From: Eledone cirrhosa | Taxonomy: Eukaryota | Length of the DNA: 64,000 nucleotides | Assembly: GCA_964016885.1 (NCBI GenBank) | Contig: OZ024744.1 | Location: 100,874,001 to 100,938,000, forward strand | Direction of reading: 5' to 3' | Shown here: positions 37,660-51,144 of the stretch, piece by piece | How positions within the stretch are numbered: the first letter of the stretch is position 1 | How the letters are laid out: every line of letters starts with the position of its first letter | Notes under the pieces: model-generated | What the model was told of the DNA's origin: nothing | The model's database searches: none | The model's input: only the letters and a program-made list of their open reading frames with translations | Position numbers and translations under genes: made by a program

Positions 37660-39596
37660 AGCCTGTGACCTCTCCTGGAAGGCGTGGAATGGTTACATAT
37701 CCTGAGACCCCAAAGAGGGTCTAGAAGGGAGAAAACCTTGATAATTGGTAACTGGAATGTTACAACCCTTACAGGTATAGAGTAGGAACTAGTGAAGAAG
37801 GCCAGAGGCTACCGTCTAGATATAGTCCGGGTTTCCTCAACAAAGTTCCGTGGCTCTGGTACTGTAGATTTGGATGTAGGATAGAAACTCCAATACTCAG
37901 GTGTGGCACCAGAAATGACTGCACAGGCGGGAGTGGGGATACTCACCAGCCCGCGGGTGTCAGAATGTGTTATGGACTGGATACTATTAGGAGGGAGGAT
38001 TTGCCTCTTGAAGCTTAGGCTGAAAGTTAGGTCTCTGTGGGTGGTGCAAGTTTATGCACCAAACAGTCTGAATATGGACCCATCCTTGAAGTTACTGTAA
38101 TGTTAGATGTACTTCAGACTGAGTCATATCTCCTTATGGAGACTTCACTGCACATGTTGGCACTGATGACCTGTCATGGAAAGAAGTGATTGGAAGTAAT
38201 GGTGACCCTGATCTAAATACAAATGGAGAGACCTTATTAGACTTCTGTTTTAGTAATGGGTTTTCTTTTATGAACACCTTCTAGCACAGAGACATCCATA
38301 AATATACATGGTATAAGTGGAATCAAGGAGAGAGATCAATTATTTATTTTGTTATTGACTCTGATATCTTTGATTCTGTGCTGGATGTTTGTGTTAAGAG
38401 AAGGGCTGAGCTGTCAACTGATCACCATCTAGTTATCTGCAACTTGAGACGACCTAAGGCTAAAGAAACCTACAAAACTGGTAGGTCCAGCTTGAACTAC
38501 AGGACAAAGTAGGAAGCGTTGGTGGATAAGGAAGTCATGACAAGGTATGCAGATACTATTGCATCCAAATTCAGAGATTTCTTTGAGCAAACAGAAGACA
38601 TTGAAGTGGAAATTGTTTAGCTCAGCAGTTTCTGCTTCAGTGTTAAATGCTGTGGGTAAAAGTGGCTTGGTATGGCGCCGGGTGGCAGGAAAACCTCTTA
38701 GTTCAATCAAATGGTCAAAGATGCCATCCGAGCAAAGAAGTGGGCCTACAAAGCTTGGTTCAGAAATAAGTCCACCTTCTTGCACTTGTGGTGAAAGCAG
38801 GCGCGAAAAGTCGCAGCTGAGACTGTAAAGGCATCCAGCAGGAGGACTTTGGGGTTAAGCTGGAATTTGACTTCAGAGCAGCAAATGAAGTGTTCTGGCA
38901 GACCATCCGCAGACTTTGTAATAAGAAATCCTCCTCCACACCTGCTATCAGGAATGTGCCTGGGGTTCTTCTTTCTCCACAGAGATGGAGAAAATACTTT
39001 GCTGATCTCCTGAACCCAATCCAACAGCATCTTCTGATGTACCCAAGCTGCATCTGGGAGTGGTGACTAATCTTTCAGAGGTCACAAGAGCTGTTAACGA
39101 GATCAAATGTAGCAAATCTAGCCTGAGATGTTAAAAGCCTTAAATAGAGAAGGTATTCTCTGGCTGACTTGTGTGTGCCGGGTGGCCTGGGTCTCTGGAA
39201 AGGCACCTAAGCATGGCCATCGGGAGTGAGAATCCCAATTTTCAAAAAGGGAGACAAGTGAGTTTGTTCCAATTACAGAGGGATCTCCTTGTTAAGAGTT
39301 ATATTCTTGTTTCATAGACCTTGAAAAGGCATATGACCATATTCCAAGGGACCTGCTGTGAAAGGTTGTGCAGGAGTATGGGATCGATGATCAGCTTCTT
39401 GTTGCCCTGATGTATCTATATGAATGCCATAGCATTTGTGTTCTGATAAATGGTGCTAAGTTGAAACTATTCATTCTAGGTGTCTAACTTTGTCGAGGGT
39501 ACATACTGTCACCTCTGCTGTTAATAATCTTTATGAACTGAATTGACATGTGCAACCCCCACAACCCTCTCAGGAATAAGTGGGCAAAGAAGATGA
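37660..39596 (+). mobile_element. Decayed RTE family C (Expander-like): APE endonuclease plus internally deleted RT
   Basis: IGNWNVTTLTG, AGVGIL, VVQVYAPN, MGDF.AHVG, STDHHLV, NYRGISLL; 3' end caggaataagtggg shared with 17832. Confidence 0.85.
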
Positions 39597-39725
39597 AGAG
39601 TTATGCTATATATGATAACTATGGCACCTTTTCTAGTGGTAACCTGGCTCATTTGGTGACTAACCCAGGCTTCTTCTCTTGCCAGGTTGAACTAGTGTTC
39701 AACAATAGGTTTGTTGTTGAAACTG

Positions 39726-41995
39726 TAGCAGTGGATACTTCTGGTGTTCTTGGTCCCAGTACCACATCCCCACATGGTACTATACATAGGAGTTGGCCAC
39801 ATGTAGGAGTTAACCTCATGAAGAGGACTGACTTCATGTCAAAGCCATAGCAGTGGATACTTCTGGTGTTGTTGGTCCCAGTACCACATCCCCACATGGT
39901 ACTATACATAGGAGTTGGCCACATGTAGGAGTTAACCTCATGAAGAGGACTGACTTCATGTCAAAGCCATAGCAGTGGATACTTCTGGTGTTCTTGGTCC
40001 CAGTACCACATCCCCACATGGTACTATACATAGGAGTTGGCCACATGTAGGAGTTAACCTCATGAAGAGGACTGACTTCATGTCAAAGCCATAGCAGTGG
40101 ATACTTCTGGTGTTCTTGGTCCCAGTACCACATCCCCACATGGTACTATACATAGGAGTTGGCCACATGTAGGAGTTAACCTCATGAAGAGGACTGACTT
40201 CATGTCAAAGCCATAGCAGTGGAGACTTCTGGTGTTCTTGGTCCCAGTACCACATCCCCACATGGTACTATACATAGGAGTTGGCCACATGTAGGAGTTA
40301 ACCTCATGAAGAGGACTGACTTCATGTCAAAGCCATAGCAGTGGAGACTTCTGGTGTTCTTGGTCCCAGTACCACATCCCCACATGGTACTATACATAGG
40401 AGTTGGCCACATGTAGGAGTTAACCTCATGAAGAGGACTGACTTCATGTCAAAGCCATAGCAGTGGAGACTTCTGGTGTTCTTGGTCCCAGTACCACATC
40501 CCCACATGGTACTATACATAGGAGTTGGCCACATGTAGGAGTTAACCTCATGAAGAGGACTGACTTCATGTCAAAGCCATAGCAGTGGAGACTTCTGGTG
40601 TTGTTGGTCCCAGTACCACATCCCCACATGGTACTATACATAGGAGTTGGCCACATGTAGGAGTTAACCTCATGAAGAGGACTGACTTCATGTCAAAGCC
40701 ATAGCAGTGGAGACTTCTGGTGTTGTTGGTCCCAGTACCACATCCCCACATGGTACTATACATAGGAGTTGGCCACATGTAGGAGTTAACCTCATGAAGA
40801 GGACTGACTTCATGTCAAAGCCATAGCAGTGGAGACTTCTGGTGTTGTTGGTCCCAGTACCACATCCCCACATGGTACTATACATAGGAGTTGGCCACAT
40901 GTAGGAGTTAACCTCATGAAGAGGACTGACTTCATGTCAAAGCCATAGCAGTGGAGACTTCTGGTGTTGTTGGTCCCAGTACCACATCCCCACATGGTAC
41001 TATACATAGGAGTTGGCCACATGTAGGAGTTAACCTCATGAAGAGGACTGACTTCATGTCAAAGCCATAGCAGTGGAGACTTCTGGTGTTGTTGGTCCCA
41101 GTACCACATCCCCACATGGTACTATACATAGGAGTTGGCCACATGTAGGAGTTAACCTCATGAAGAGGACTGACTTCATGTCAAAGCCATAGCAGTGGAG
41201 ACTTCTGGTGTTGTTGGTCCCAGTACCACATCCCCACATGGTACTATACATAGGAGTTGGCCACATGTAGGAGTTAACCTCATGAAGAGGACTGACTTCA
41301 TGTCAAAGCCATAGCAGTGGAGACTTCTGGTGTTCTTGGTCCCAGTACCACATCCCCACATGGTACTATACATAGGAGTTGGCCACATGTAGGAGTTAAC
41401 CTCATGAAGAGGACTGACTTCATGTCAAAGCCATAGCAGTGGAGACTTCTGGTGTTGTTGGTCCCAGTACCACATCCCCACATGGTACTATACATAGGAG
41501 TTGGCCACATGTAGGAGTTAACCTCATGAAGAGGACTGACTTCATGTCAAAGCCATAGCAGTGGAGACTTCTGGTGTTGTTGGTCCCAGTACCACATCCC
41601 CACATGGTACTATACATAGGAGTTGGCCACATGTAGGAGTTAACCTCATGAAGAGGACTGACTTCATGTCAAAGCCATAGCAGTGGAGACTTCTGGTGTT
41701 GTTGGTCCCAGTACCACATCCCCACATGGTACTATACATAGGAGTTGGCCACATGTAGGAGTTAACCTCATGAAGAGGACTGACTTCATGTCAAAGCCAT
41801 AGCAGTGGAGACTTCTGGTGTTGTTGGTCCCAGTACCACATCCCCACATGGTACTATACATAGGAGTTGGCCACATGTAGGAGTTAACCTCATGAAGAGG
41901 ACTGACTTCATGTCAAAGCCATAGCAGTGGAGACTTCTGGTGTTCTTGGTCCCAGTACCACATCTCCACATGGAGACTTCTAGTGGAGACTTCTG
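39726..41995. repeat. 122-bp tandem array, 18 full copies plus a partial copy
   Basis: The ORF track repeats every 122 bp; units differ essentially at two positions. Confidence 0.98.
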
Positions 41996-42149
41996 GTGTT
42001 CTTGGTTGCCAGACAATATCCCTACTCACTACTATGAGGGTGGTGTTGCAGGAGTGATCCCCACAAGCTGGAATCAATGTTCCAACGTGCCTCCCTCGAC
42101 TTCTTCTGGGACAACATTTTCTTATTTCTGTCTGCTGGGACCATGAAAC

Positions 42150-43018
42150 AGACTCACTCACTCACTCACTCACTCACTCTCACACACACTCACACACTCA
42201 CACACACACACTCTCACACACACTCACACACTCACACACACACACACACACTCTCACACACACTCTCACACACACTCTCACACACACTCTCACACACACT
42301 CTCACACACACTCACACACACACACTCACACACACTCACACTCACACACACACACTCACTCACACACACTCACTCACACTCACACTCACACACACTCTCA
42401 CACACACTCACTCACACTCACACTCACACACACTCTCACACACACTCTCACACACACTCTCACACACACTCTCACACACACTCTCACACACACTCTCACA
42501 CACACTCACACACACTCTCACACACACACACTCACACACACACACTCACACACTCACACACACACACACTCTCACACACACTCTCACACACACTCACACA
42601 CACACTCACACACACTCACACTCACACACTCACACACACACTCACACACACACTCACACACACACTCACACACACACTCACACACACACTCTCACACATA
42701 CTCTCACACACACTCACACTCACACACACTCTCACACACACACTCACACTCACACACACTCTCACACTCACACACACTCTCACACACACTCACACACACT
42801 CACACACACACTCACACACACACTCACACACACACTCACAGACACACACTCACAGACACACACACTCAGATACACACACTCACACACGCACACGCACACA
42901 CACACACTCACACACACACACACACACACTCTCACACACGCACTCACACACACTCTCACACACGCACTCACACACGCACTCACACACACTCTCACACACG
43001 CACTCACACACACACACC
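42150..43018. repeat. (CA)n/(CACT)n microsatellite
   Basis: Direct inspection. Confidence 0.97.
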
Positions 43019-43104
43019 ATCTGGGCCTACATCACTAGGGTAACGATATTAGGTGCCCTTCAGAAGAATTGTGCTTTTCAAATGACATTATTTGACACAC
43101 AAGA

Positions 43105-43295
43105 GGTGGTGGATTGGCAGTATCGGTAGAGCGTCAGACACCATGCTTTGCAGTAAAGTTATGGCCCTTTATGGTCTAAATTCAAATCCCACTGAGGTTA
43201 ACCTTCTCTTTCATCCTTATGGGATTGATAAAATACAGTACCAGTAATACACTGAACTTAATTGTTGGCCTTGTGCCAAAAGTAGAAACAATTAT
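43105..43295 (+). mobile_element. SINE family 1 (older copy)
   Basis: Diverged full-length copy. Confidence 0.85.
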
Positions 43296-43468
43296 TTGGA
43301 ACAAAAGTTATAAAATGTCATCTGTTATTCACCTGGTATTGTTGATAATTACTGTTTGAGCAAAATATTAATTTTGTAAAATTCAATTAAAGTTTTTAAT
43401 GCAAATTTTAATCTTTAATTCAAATTTAAAAATTTTAATTTTTAATTTAATATACGATATTTATTCAG

Positions 43469-43627
43469 CCATTTGATGAAAATAATGAAACTGCTTCTGA
43501 GGAGGAAGAAAATGGCTCATCCTCTCCACCTTCTGGAGGAATTTCAGACAAACCAAGGTTTAAAGTTGAAGTATTAAATGCCATAAAGGATGGTGAAACA
43601 TTAAACTTTACCATGACATCAGTAAAG
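43469..43627 (+). CDS. Internal coding exon of a PX-domain (SNX5/6/32-like sorting nexin) gene: acidic/Ser linker plus start of PX domain
   Basis: Acceptor ttattcAG|CCA and donor AAG|GTagga; 159 nt, phase 0-0, open: PFDENNETASEEEENGSSSPPSGGISDKPRFKVEVLNAIKDGETLNFTMTSVK. The C-terminal half resembles the first PX beta-strands of SNX5/6 and splices in frame to 58005-58103. Confidence 0.8.
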
Positions 43628-43713
43628 GTAGGAGGGTTTTTTTTTTTTCATTATAAGAATGGATTAAATGTTCAATAATACATAGAGTATTTTCTGTTTT
43701 ATCCAATTTGCCC

Positions 43714-45175
43714 ATTAACTCTTAAAGTCCTGTACCACATGAAACCACATTAACTGTTAACATCCTGTACCACATGTAACCACATTAAGACATACTTGAA
43801 AAGTACAAAACAGTACTATGACTGTATCACATTAACTGTTAACGTCCTGTACCACATGTAACCACATTAAGACATACTTGAAAAGTACAAAACAGTACTA
43901 TGACTGTATCACATTAACTCTTAACATCCTGTACCACATGAAACCACATTAACAAGACATTGTTGAAAAGTACAAAACAGTACTATGACTGTATCACATT
44001 AACTGTTAACGTCCTGTACCACGTGAAACCACATTAACAAGACATTGTTGAAAAGTACAAAACAGTATTATGACTGTATCACATTAACTGTTAACATCCT
44101 GTACCACATGAAACCACATTAACAAGACATTCTTGAAAAGTACAAAACAGTATTATCACTGTATCACATTAACTCTTAACATCCTGTACCACGTGAAACC
44201 ACATTAACAAGACATTCTTGAAAAGTACAAAACAGTACTATGACTGTATCACATTAACTCTTAACATCCTGTACCACATGAAACCACATTAACAAGACAT
44301 TGTTGAAAAGTACAAAACAGTATTATGACTGTATCACATTAACTGTTAACATCCTGTACCACATGAAACCACATTAACAAGACATTCTTGAAAAGTACAA
44401 AACAGTACTATGACTGTATCACATTAACTCTTAACATCCTGTACCACATGTAACCACATTAACAAGACATTCTTGAAAAGTACAAAACAGTACTATGACT
44501 GTATCACATTAACTCTTAACATCCTGTACCACATGAAACCACATTAACAAGACATTGTTGAAAAGTACAAAACAGTACTATGACTGTATCACATTAACTG
44601 TTAACATCCTGTACCACATGTAACCACATTAACAAGACATACTTGAAAAGTACAAAACAGTACTATGACTGTATCACATTAACTCTTAACATCCTGTACC
44701 ACATGAAACCACACTAACAAGACATTGTTGAAAAGTACAAAACAGTACTATGACTGTATCACATTCACTGTTAACGTCCTGTACCACATGAAACCACACT
44801 AACAAGACGTTGTTGAAAAGTACAACTCAGTACTATGACTGTATCACATTAACTCTTAACATCCTGTACCACATGAAACCACATTAACAAGGCATTGTTG
44901 AAAAGTACAAAACAGTACTATGACTGTATCACATTAACTGTTAACATCCTGTACCACATGTAACCACATTAACAAGACATTGTTGAAAAGTACAAAACAG
45001 TACTATGACTGTATCACATTAACTCTTAACATCCTGTACCACATGAAACCACATTAACAAGACATTGTTGAAAAGTACAAAACAGTACTATGACTGTATC
45101 ACATTAACTCTTAACATCCTGTACCACATGAAACCACATTAACAAGACATTGTTGAAAAGTACAAAACAGTACTG
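43714..45175. repeat. 85-bp intronic minisatellite, ~17 copies
   Basis: Unit attaactcttaacatcctgtaccacatgaaaccacattaacaagacattgttgaaaagtacaaaacagtactatgactgtatcac. Confidence 0.97.
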
Positions 45176-45253
45176 ACACTGAATTAATTTATTATTCTGT
45201 TTACAAATTATGTGGGCCTGTATATTTCTGTTATGAGATTATTATTAAACATA

Positions 45254-45445
45254 AGGGCGGTGGATTGGCAGTATCGGTAGAGGGTCGGACGTCATGCTTT
45301 CCAGCATAGTTACGTCCCTTTACGATCTGAGTTCAAATCCCGCCGAGGTCGACTTTGCCTTTCATCCTTGCGGGGTCGATAAAATAAAGTATCAGTGATG
45401 CACTGGGTAATTGCTGGCCTTGTGCCTAAAGTAGAAACAATTATT
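45254..45445 (+). mobile_element. SINE family 1
   Basis: Full length; flanked by the direct repeat attattaaacataa. Confidence 0.92.
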
Positions 45446-45499
45446 AAACATAACAAAGTAGAATATAATTTAGAGATATATCAGATGAAAGAATGGTAT

Positions 45500-48290
45500 T
45501 TAAGGGGCTAGTATCCTGTGGACACTTGCTACCTATTGCACCTGAGCATCGGCCACATATAAAGTCTACGTTCTTAGATAGTTTACCTGTGATCCCACTA
45601 CATCTTTTATGTACCCATACTTTGCATTTGGGACATAAAATTGAATTTCTGCCTACTCCTTTCCTACACACTGAGCAAGGCCATTTCCCTGATGGTACCT
45701 GTGCCTTATTTTCCTTTCTACAAACTAGGACTTTAGTCTTAGACAAGTTAACTTTAAGGCCCTTTGATTCTAGGCCATGCTTCCATGTTTGGAATTTCTT
45801 TTCTAGTTCAGCCATTGATTCAGCTATGAGCGTTAGATCATCTGTGTATAGGAGTTCCCATGGGCAGCCGGTCTTGAACTCCTCTGTTATAGCCTGAAGG
45901 GCAATAGTAAATAGAAGGGGGCTAAGGACAGAGCCTTGGTGAACACCAACTTTTACACTAAATTCTTCACAATATTCATTGTTAATTCTAACCTTACTGA
46001 CTGTTTCATTATACATAGCTTGTATAGCTCTCACAAGCCATTCATCTAAACCTAGTTTTCTAAGAGCCCACCAGATAATGGAGCGGGGGACTCTGTCTAA
46101 GGCTTTTTCCAGGTCTACAAAAGCTAAGTAGAGGGGTTTACTTTTAGCTAGGTACTTCTCTTGTAGTTGTCGTACAAGGAAAAGAGCGTCTGTGGTACTT
46201 TTACCTGACACAAACCAAAACTGCATTTCATCTAGATCAATTCGCTCTCTGATTAGTTGCGCTATAACTCTTTCTGTGACCTTCATGACCTGGTCAACTA
46301 ACTTAATGTCTCTATAGTTTCCTCTATCTAGAGCATCTCCTTTACCCTTGTAGCAGTTAATGATGATGCTGCTACGCCAGTCTTTTGGTATGACCCCATT
46401 CTGTATTACTTGGTTAACTATACGGGTGACCATAGTATGTCCCACCATTCCAGATGCCTTCAACATCTCAGCAACTATTTCCGAAAGCCCAGCTGCCTTC
46501 ATATATTTGATTGCCTTACTTATTATACTACCTTTAACTTGCACTGCTGGTCCTTCTATTGGATCGATTTGGGGCAGACTATCTTTTTCCCACTTATTCT
46601 CCTCATTTAATAGTCTTTCGTAGTGACACTTCCAGGCTATCTTCTTATCAGTATCAGTGAGGGCAAGTACACCATCATCATTACGGACACACTTCTCCCC
46701 GACAATATCACGGTTTTCCTTGACACATTGTCTAGCAATCCTGAATACCTTGCGTTTTTGGTCCTCACGTTGTAGAACATGCTTGAACTTTCTATCCTCT
46801 GCTTCCCTTTTTGCAAGGTACACTTATTTCCTAGCTTTTCTCCTGGCCACTTGATAGTGCTCTCTACTTCTCTCATCCTGCCACACTTTCCAAGCCTGCT
46901 TTTTGGCCTTGATTGTCTCCTCCACCTTACTGTACCACACCACCAAGTTACTCTCCTCCTGCCAATAGGTCTGCTCCGGCCACAGATTTCATCCGTTGCT
47001 TTCAGCAGGTTCACTTTCAAGAATTGCCACTGTTCCTCTATATCGCACGTCTCTAATTGCTCTTCCTTATTGTGAAAGGCATCAAGTAATAAGCTTTTAA
47101 ATTTGTCACTGGCTATGGGGTCCTTCAACTTCCATATTCTTCTCCTCAAGGTAGGCCTCCTCTGTCATCGAGTACGTCTATTTCTGACTGTGAGGTCACT
47201 AACTACTAGGCTATGTTGGGAGGTGCATTCTTCATGGGAGAGGGATTTAGTGTTTCCAACAGACACTTTGTCCCGTCTTCTAGTAAGGATATAATCTATC
47301 TATCTGGCTGGCGTGTTCCCCTGATCTATAGGTGATCAAGTGGTTTTCACGTTTTTTTAAGTTTGTGTTACAGATAGTTGGGCTATTGGCATCACAGAAT
47401 TACAGGATTCTGAAGCCTTCCTCATTTCTATTTCCAACCCCATAGCCTCCATGGATTCCATCATAGCCATCACTATGTTGTCCAATGTGGCCGTTTAGAT
47501 CACCAGCAATAATTAGGTAGTCGCTGTCAGTTATTTGGGAGGTAGTGTGCATTAGCGTCGCATAGAACCTGTCCTTTATAACGTCAAGTAGACCAGATTG
47601 GGGTGCATAAGCGGATATTATTGTCACAGTAGTTCTATTTAGAACTAGCCTTATTTTAATTATTCTGTCATTCACTCTATTTACGTCAATTACCTTATCT
47701 ACCCATTTTTCAGCTAACATAATTCCTACTCCACCCTGTCCGTTGTTTCCCACCCAGAAAAGTTTATAGCATCGTTTTTTACCCACGTTGAATCTGGCAG
47801 ACCCCCCTCTCCACCTAGTCTCTTGAATACAACAAACATCAACTTCTTTACGTTCAAGCATCTCTACAACCTCATTTGAGCGACCTTTCAATGTGCCTAC
47901 ATTCATGGTACCAACTCTGAAGTTGGGAGGGTGGGATGGATGGGTTGGAGGGGCAGGGAGGGGTGTGGGAGACGGAATTATGGTGGTCATTCGTGTCTGA
48001 AATAGAGAGGAGTCTTTGTATTCTCGTCCTGCAGGGGGAGATGAATTTATCTTTATCTGTGACATTGTCATTGAGTGCTTAGACTTTCCAAATCTCCACA
48101 GTCCACCCATGAAACAGGTCTAAACTTAAGGAGTAGTAACCGGGGTCGTAGCTTTGCTATACTGATATATTTGGGAACTTACTAAAGCCGCTGAGTTATG
48201 ATTGGGCCATATACCAATGGTGGTGTGTGGGGGTGGGAAATGGGGAACTTTAGGAGAAGATTGGTTTTTAGGAAGGGTCCAACAGAATGA
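45500..48290 (-). mobile_element. RTE family A LINE with 5' part retained (APE endonuclease, RT, PHD-like finger) and 3' end missing
   Basis: ORF 47400-48110 (GTMNVGTL, CIQETRW, SAYAPQ, GDLNGH), 46637-47149 and 45444-46823 (RT, YTDD). Confidence 0.95.
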
Positions 48291-48303
48291 GACAAATCAT
48301 TTA

Positions 48304-48341
<38 letters not shown>

Positions 48342-48989
48342 TTTGGCAACCATTCATGATGTGGCTCAATGATGAATTAATTAATTAAATAATCAGAGCA
48401 ATATACTATAAAATATGTTCATAGAATCATTTGATAAGATATATACACCATTTCCTCTCCCAATCAGCATAATCAACCACACAAAAAAACCAATTAAACC
48501 AGGCTAAAAGATTAAAAGGCACCTATGAAGAAATAATAGATAAATAAACAACAACCATCTATTCGCGATCAACAGCAATAGAATATTTACCCAGCATTTC
48601 AATAGCATGTGGAAATCGATTAAATATATCGTCAACCATACACAATTAGGTATAAAATTAAAGTTAGAAGAAAATTAAAGTTAGAAGAAAAACTGTATAT
48701 AAACATACCAGGATTACGTTTCTACCCTTTAGGGTTTCGCTTTTGGAAATATCCTATATATATATATATGCATATGTCTAATATATGACTTCTACAGGAC
48801 TAGAACTGTTTCATTCAAAAGAAATCATCAGGGCTTTCCTGATGATACATAATGTTATTAAAGACATGACTATGTTCCAGTCTTAACTTATTTTCTCAGG
48901 ATTTTCTCATATTTTCTTACAGCTTGCTTAGTCAAGCAAAATTTCTAAATCTATAATCTAATCCATGTTTCTAGACTTTCGCAGTCTCA

Positions 48990-49330
48990 TTCATCATCAT
49001 CATTTCATTTTACATCCGCTTTTCCCTGCTTGCAAGGGTGGGATGGGAACTGATTCTGGCTTGATTTCTACAGCTGGATGCCCTTCCTAACACCAACCTC
49101 ATTTACAGTGAGTGCTCGGTGCTTTTTTGCCATGGCACCTCCACGACCACTTTGCAGTGGAATGATAGGGACCCCAGTCCCTATCATCTCATTTCTACAG
49201 CTGAGTAAACTGGAGCAATGTGAAATAAAGTGTCTTGCTCAAGGAAGCAACACATCACCCGGTTTGAGAATTGAACTCACAACCTTTCGATTGCAAGCCC
49301 AATGCTCTAACCACTAAGCCATATGCCTCC
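48990..49330 (-). mobile_element. CORE-like SINE family 2
   Basis: Full-length reverse copy. Confidence 0.92.
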
Positions 49331-49333
49331 ATC

Positions 49334-49370
<37 letters not shown>

Positions 49371-49375
<5 letters not shown>

Positions 49376-49557
49376 GTTTCCATAGGAAAGGTAAAGGAAA
49401 AGAGAGTGCTCTATGTAGGCTACAGAGCTATATAGTTATGTAATAAACAACATAAGACAATTATTCCATTTACCAAAGGTTTCAGACGTCTATTGAGTTT
49501 GTCTGTCTTCATGAAACCTTTGGTAAATGGAATAATTGTCTTATGTTGTTTATTACA

Positions 49558-49563
<6 letters not shown>
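49371..49563. repeat. Fold-back element between TA tracts
   Basis: 49428-49484 is inverted to 49512-49567; same family as 4170-4320. Confidence 0.85.
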
Positions 49564-49611
<48 letters not shown>

Positions 49612-50480
49612 GTGTGTGTGTATACACAGACAAGAAATACATCACCAAGGTTCAGCAACTAATATATTATTTATTTGATCTACACCTGTTTCATTCTATT
49701 TATAAATACTTTTTTATAAATAATTTAACTGTTGAACCTTGGTGATCTATTTCTTGTTAATATAATCTCTGAAATTACAAATCTAAGATGACTGGAAGTA
49801 TACCAACTAGATTTACCTCTAAAATACATTTCACTAATCTGGATTATAGAATAAACCACATCTGAGCTTTAGATATCTGAATACTTTACTGTTTTATTAT
49901 CAACTTATTTTTTTATCAATTTACCTTATAAGTGTATGTGATAACTGCCACTGCTTTACAGAAGACAGCAATCTCTTCAATGAATTCCCTGCTGTTACGA
50001 ACCATCGCCAACAGCAGGCTGCTGATCAGTTTGATGACTTAACAGGCTTTCTTTTGGTCACCTTTTCTAGACCCTTCCTATGGGGGAGCAGTGCATCCCC
50101 CAAAAGAGCTGCTCAGACGCTCAAGGCTCCCCCAAAGCATGTAGCTGTTCAGGTTAATAGTGCTGTGACATTAAGATAAGACTTGAGCCGCCCACGTATA
50201 GATTTGCTACGTGCTTGTGCTGCACACATAACACCCACTCCATCCCAGCAGTTATATGTCAAGTGACAAACCAAGGCAAGATAGTAGGACAGTTACGAGG
50301 GTTACATGTGTTATTGTCATGGAGTTTAACCTCACCAAGGAGTGTAGCTGTACTCACCACGCTTGACCAATTGTAGGTTGGTGAGGTTATTTAACTCATA
50401 GTCGGGGTGGATGACCGTTGACTCTGTCGAGTTCATCTGCCCTTTGACAGCTCATGTTTTTGTGCTGCTGGGGTTCCAGA

Positions 50481-50518
<38 letters not shown>

Positions 50519-50520
<2 letters not shown>

Positions 50521-51135
50521 GTGATGCGCATGAAAGATGACAGCTGTATAAAAAAGTGCAGGGCGATCAAAATTAATGGTAGTTACAAAGTAGGTAGACC
50601 CAGAAAAACCTGGGACGATCTGATCAATTCCAACCTTATACACTTGCACCTCTCGAAGACAATGTCACTGGACCGAGATCTTTGGTGCTATGCACTATGC
50701 AGTAATACAGAGGACCTGCCTTGCCTATGTACAAAGCAAAACCTACAGTCAGGAGGCACCTCTTAACCAAATATACACCCCAATTCACTACCCCTACCAT
50801 ATCCTCCCACCAACACCACCCTCTCTCTGTAAAGTTGGTACCATAACATCCAGTCCAAATAAATGAGATAATGAGATCGAGATCATGTAGGTGTCACGAC
50901 AAAAAACACTCAGTCCATGCTGTAATGTGGTCGTGTAGGTAAGATGGTAAAAAGTTCCCAGTTCCACACTGTAAATGTGGTTGGTGTTAGGAAGGGCATC
51001 CAGCCATAGAAAACCTGCCAGGTAGTCCTATATGAGCGAGACACGGTTACCCGACCAACCTTGCCTCAAGTGGGACAACTCCTGTCTAACCCATGCTAGT
51101 GTGGAAGAAGGACGTTAAATGAAGATGATGATGAT
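50519..51135 (+). mobile_element. RTE family A 3' fragment
   Basis: MRMKDDSCIKKC...GRPRKTW plus 3' UTR. Confidence 0.9.
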
Positions 51136-51144
51136 ATGTATATA

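Noticed and set aside
39726-41995. CRISPR-like regular array and the series of 70-aa ORFs
   Set aside because: Units are identical end to end with no unique spacers or cas genes. The 122-bp period is not a multiple of 3, so the ORFs are artefacts.
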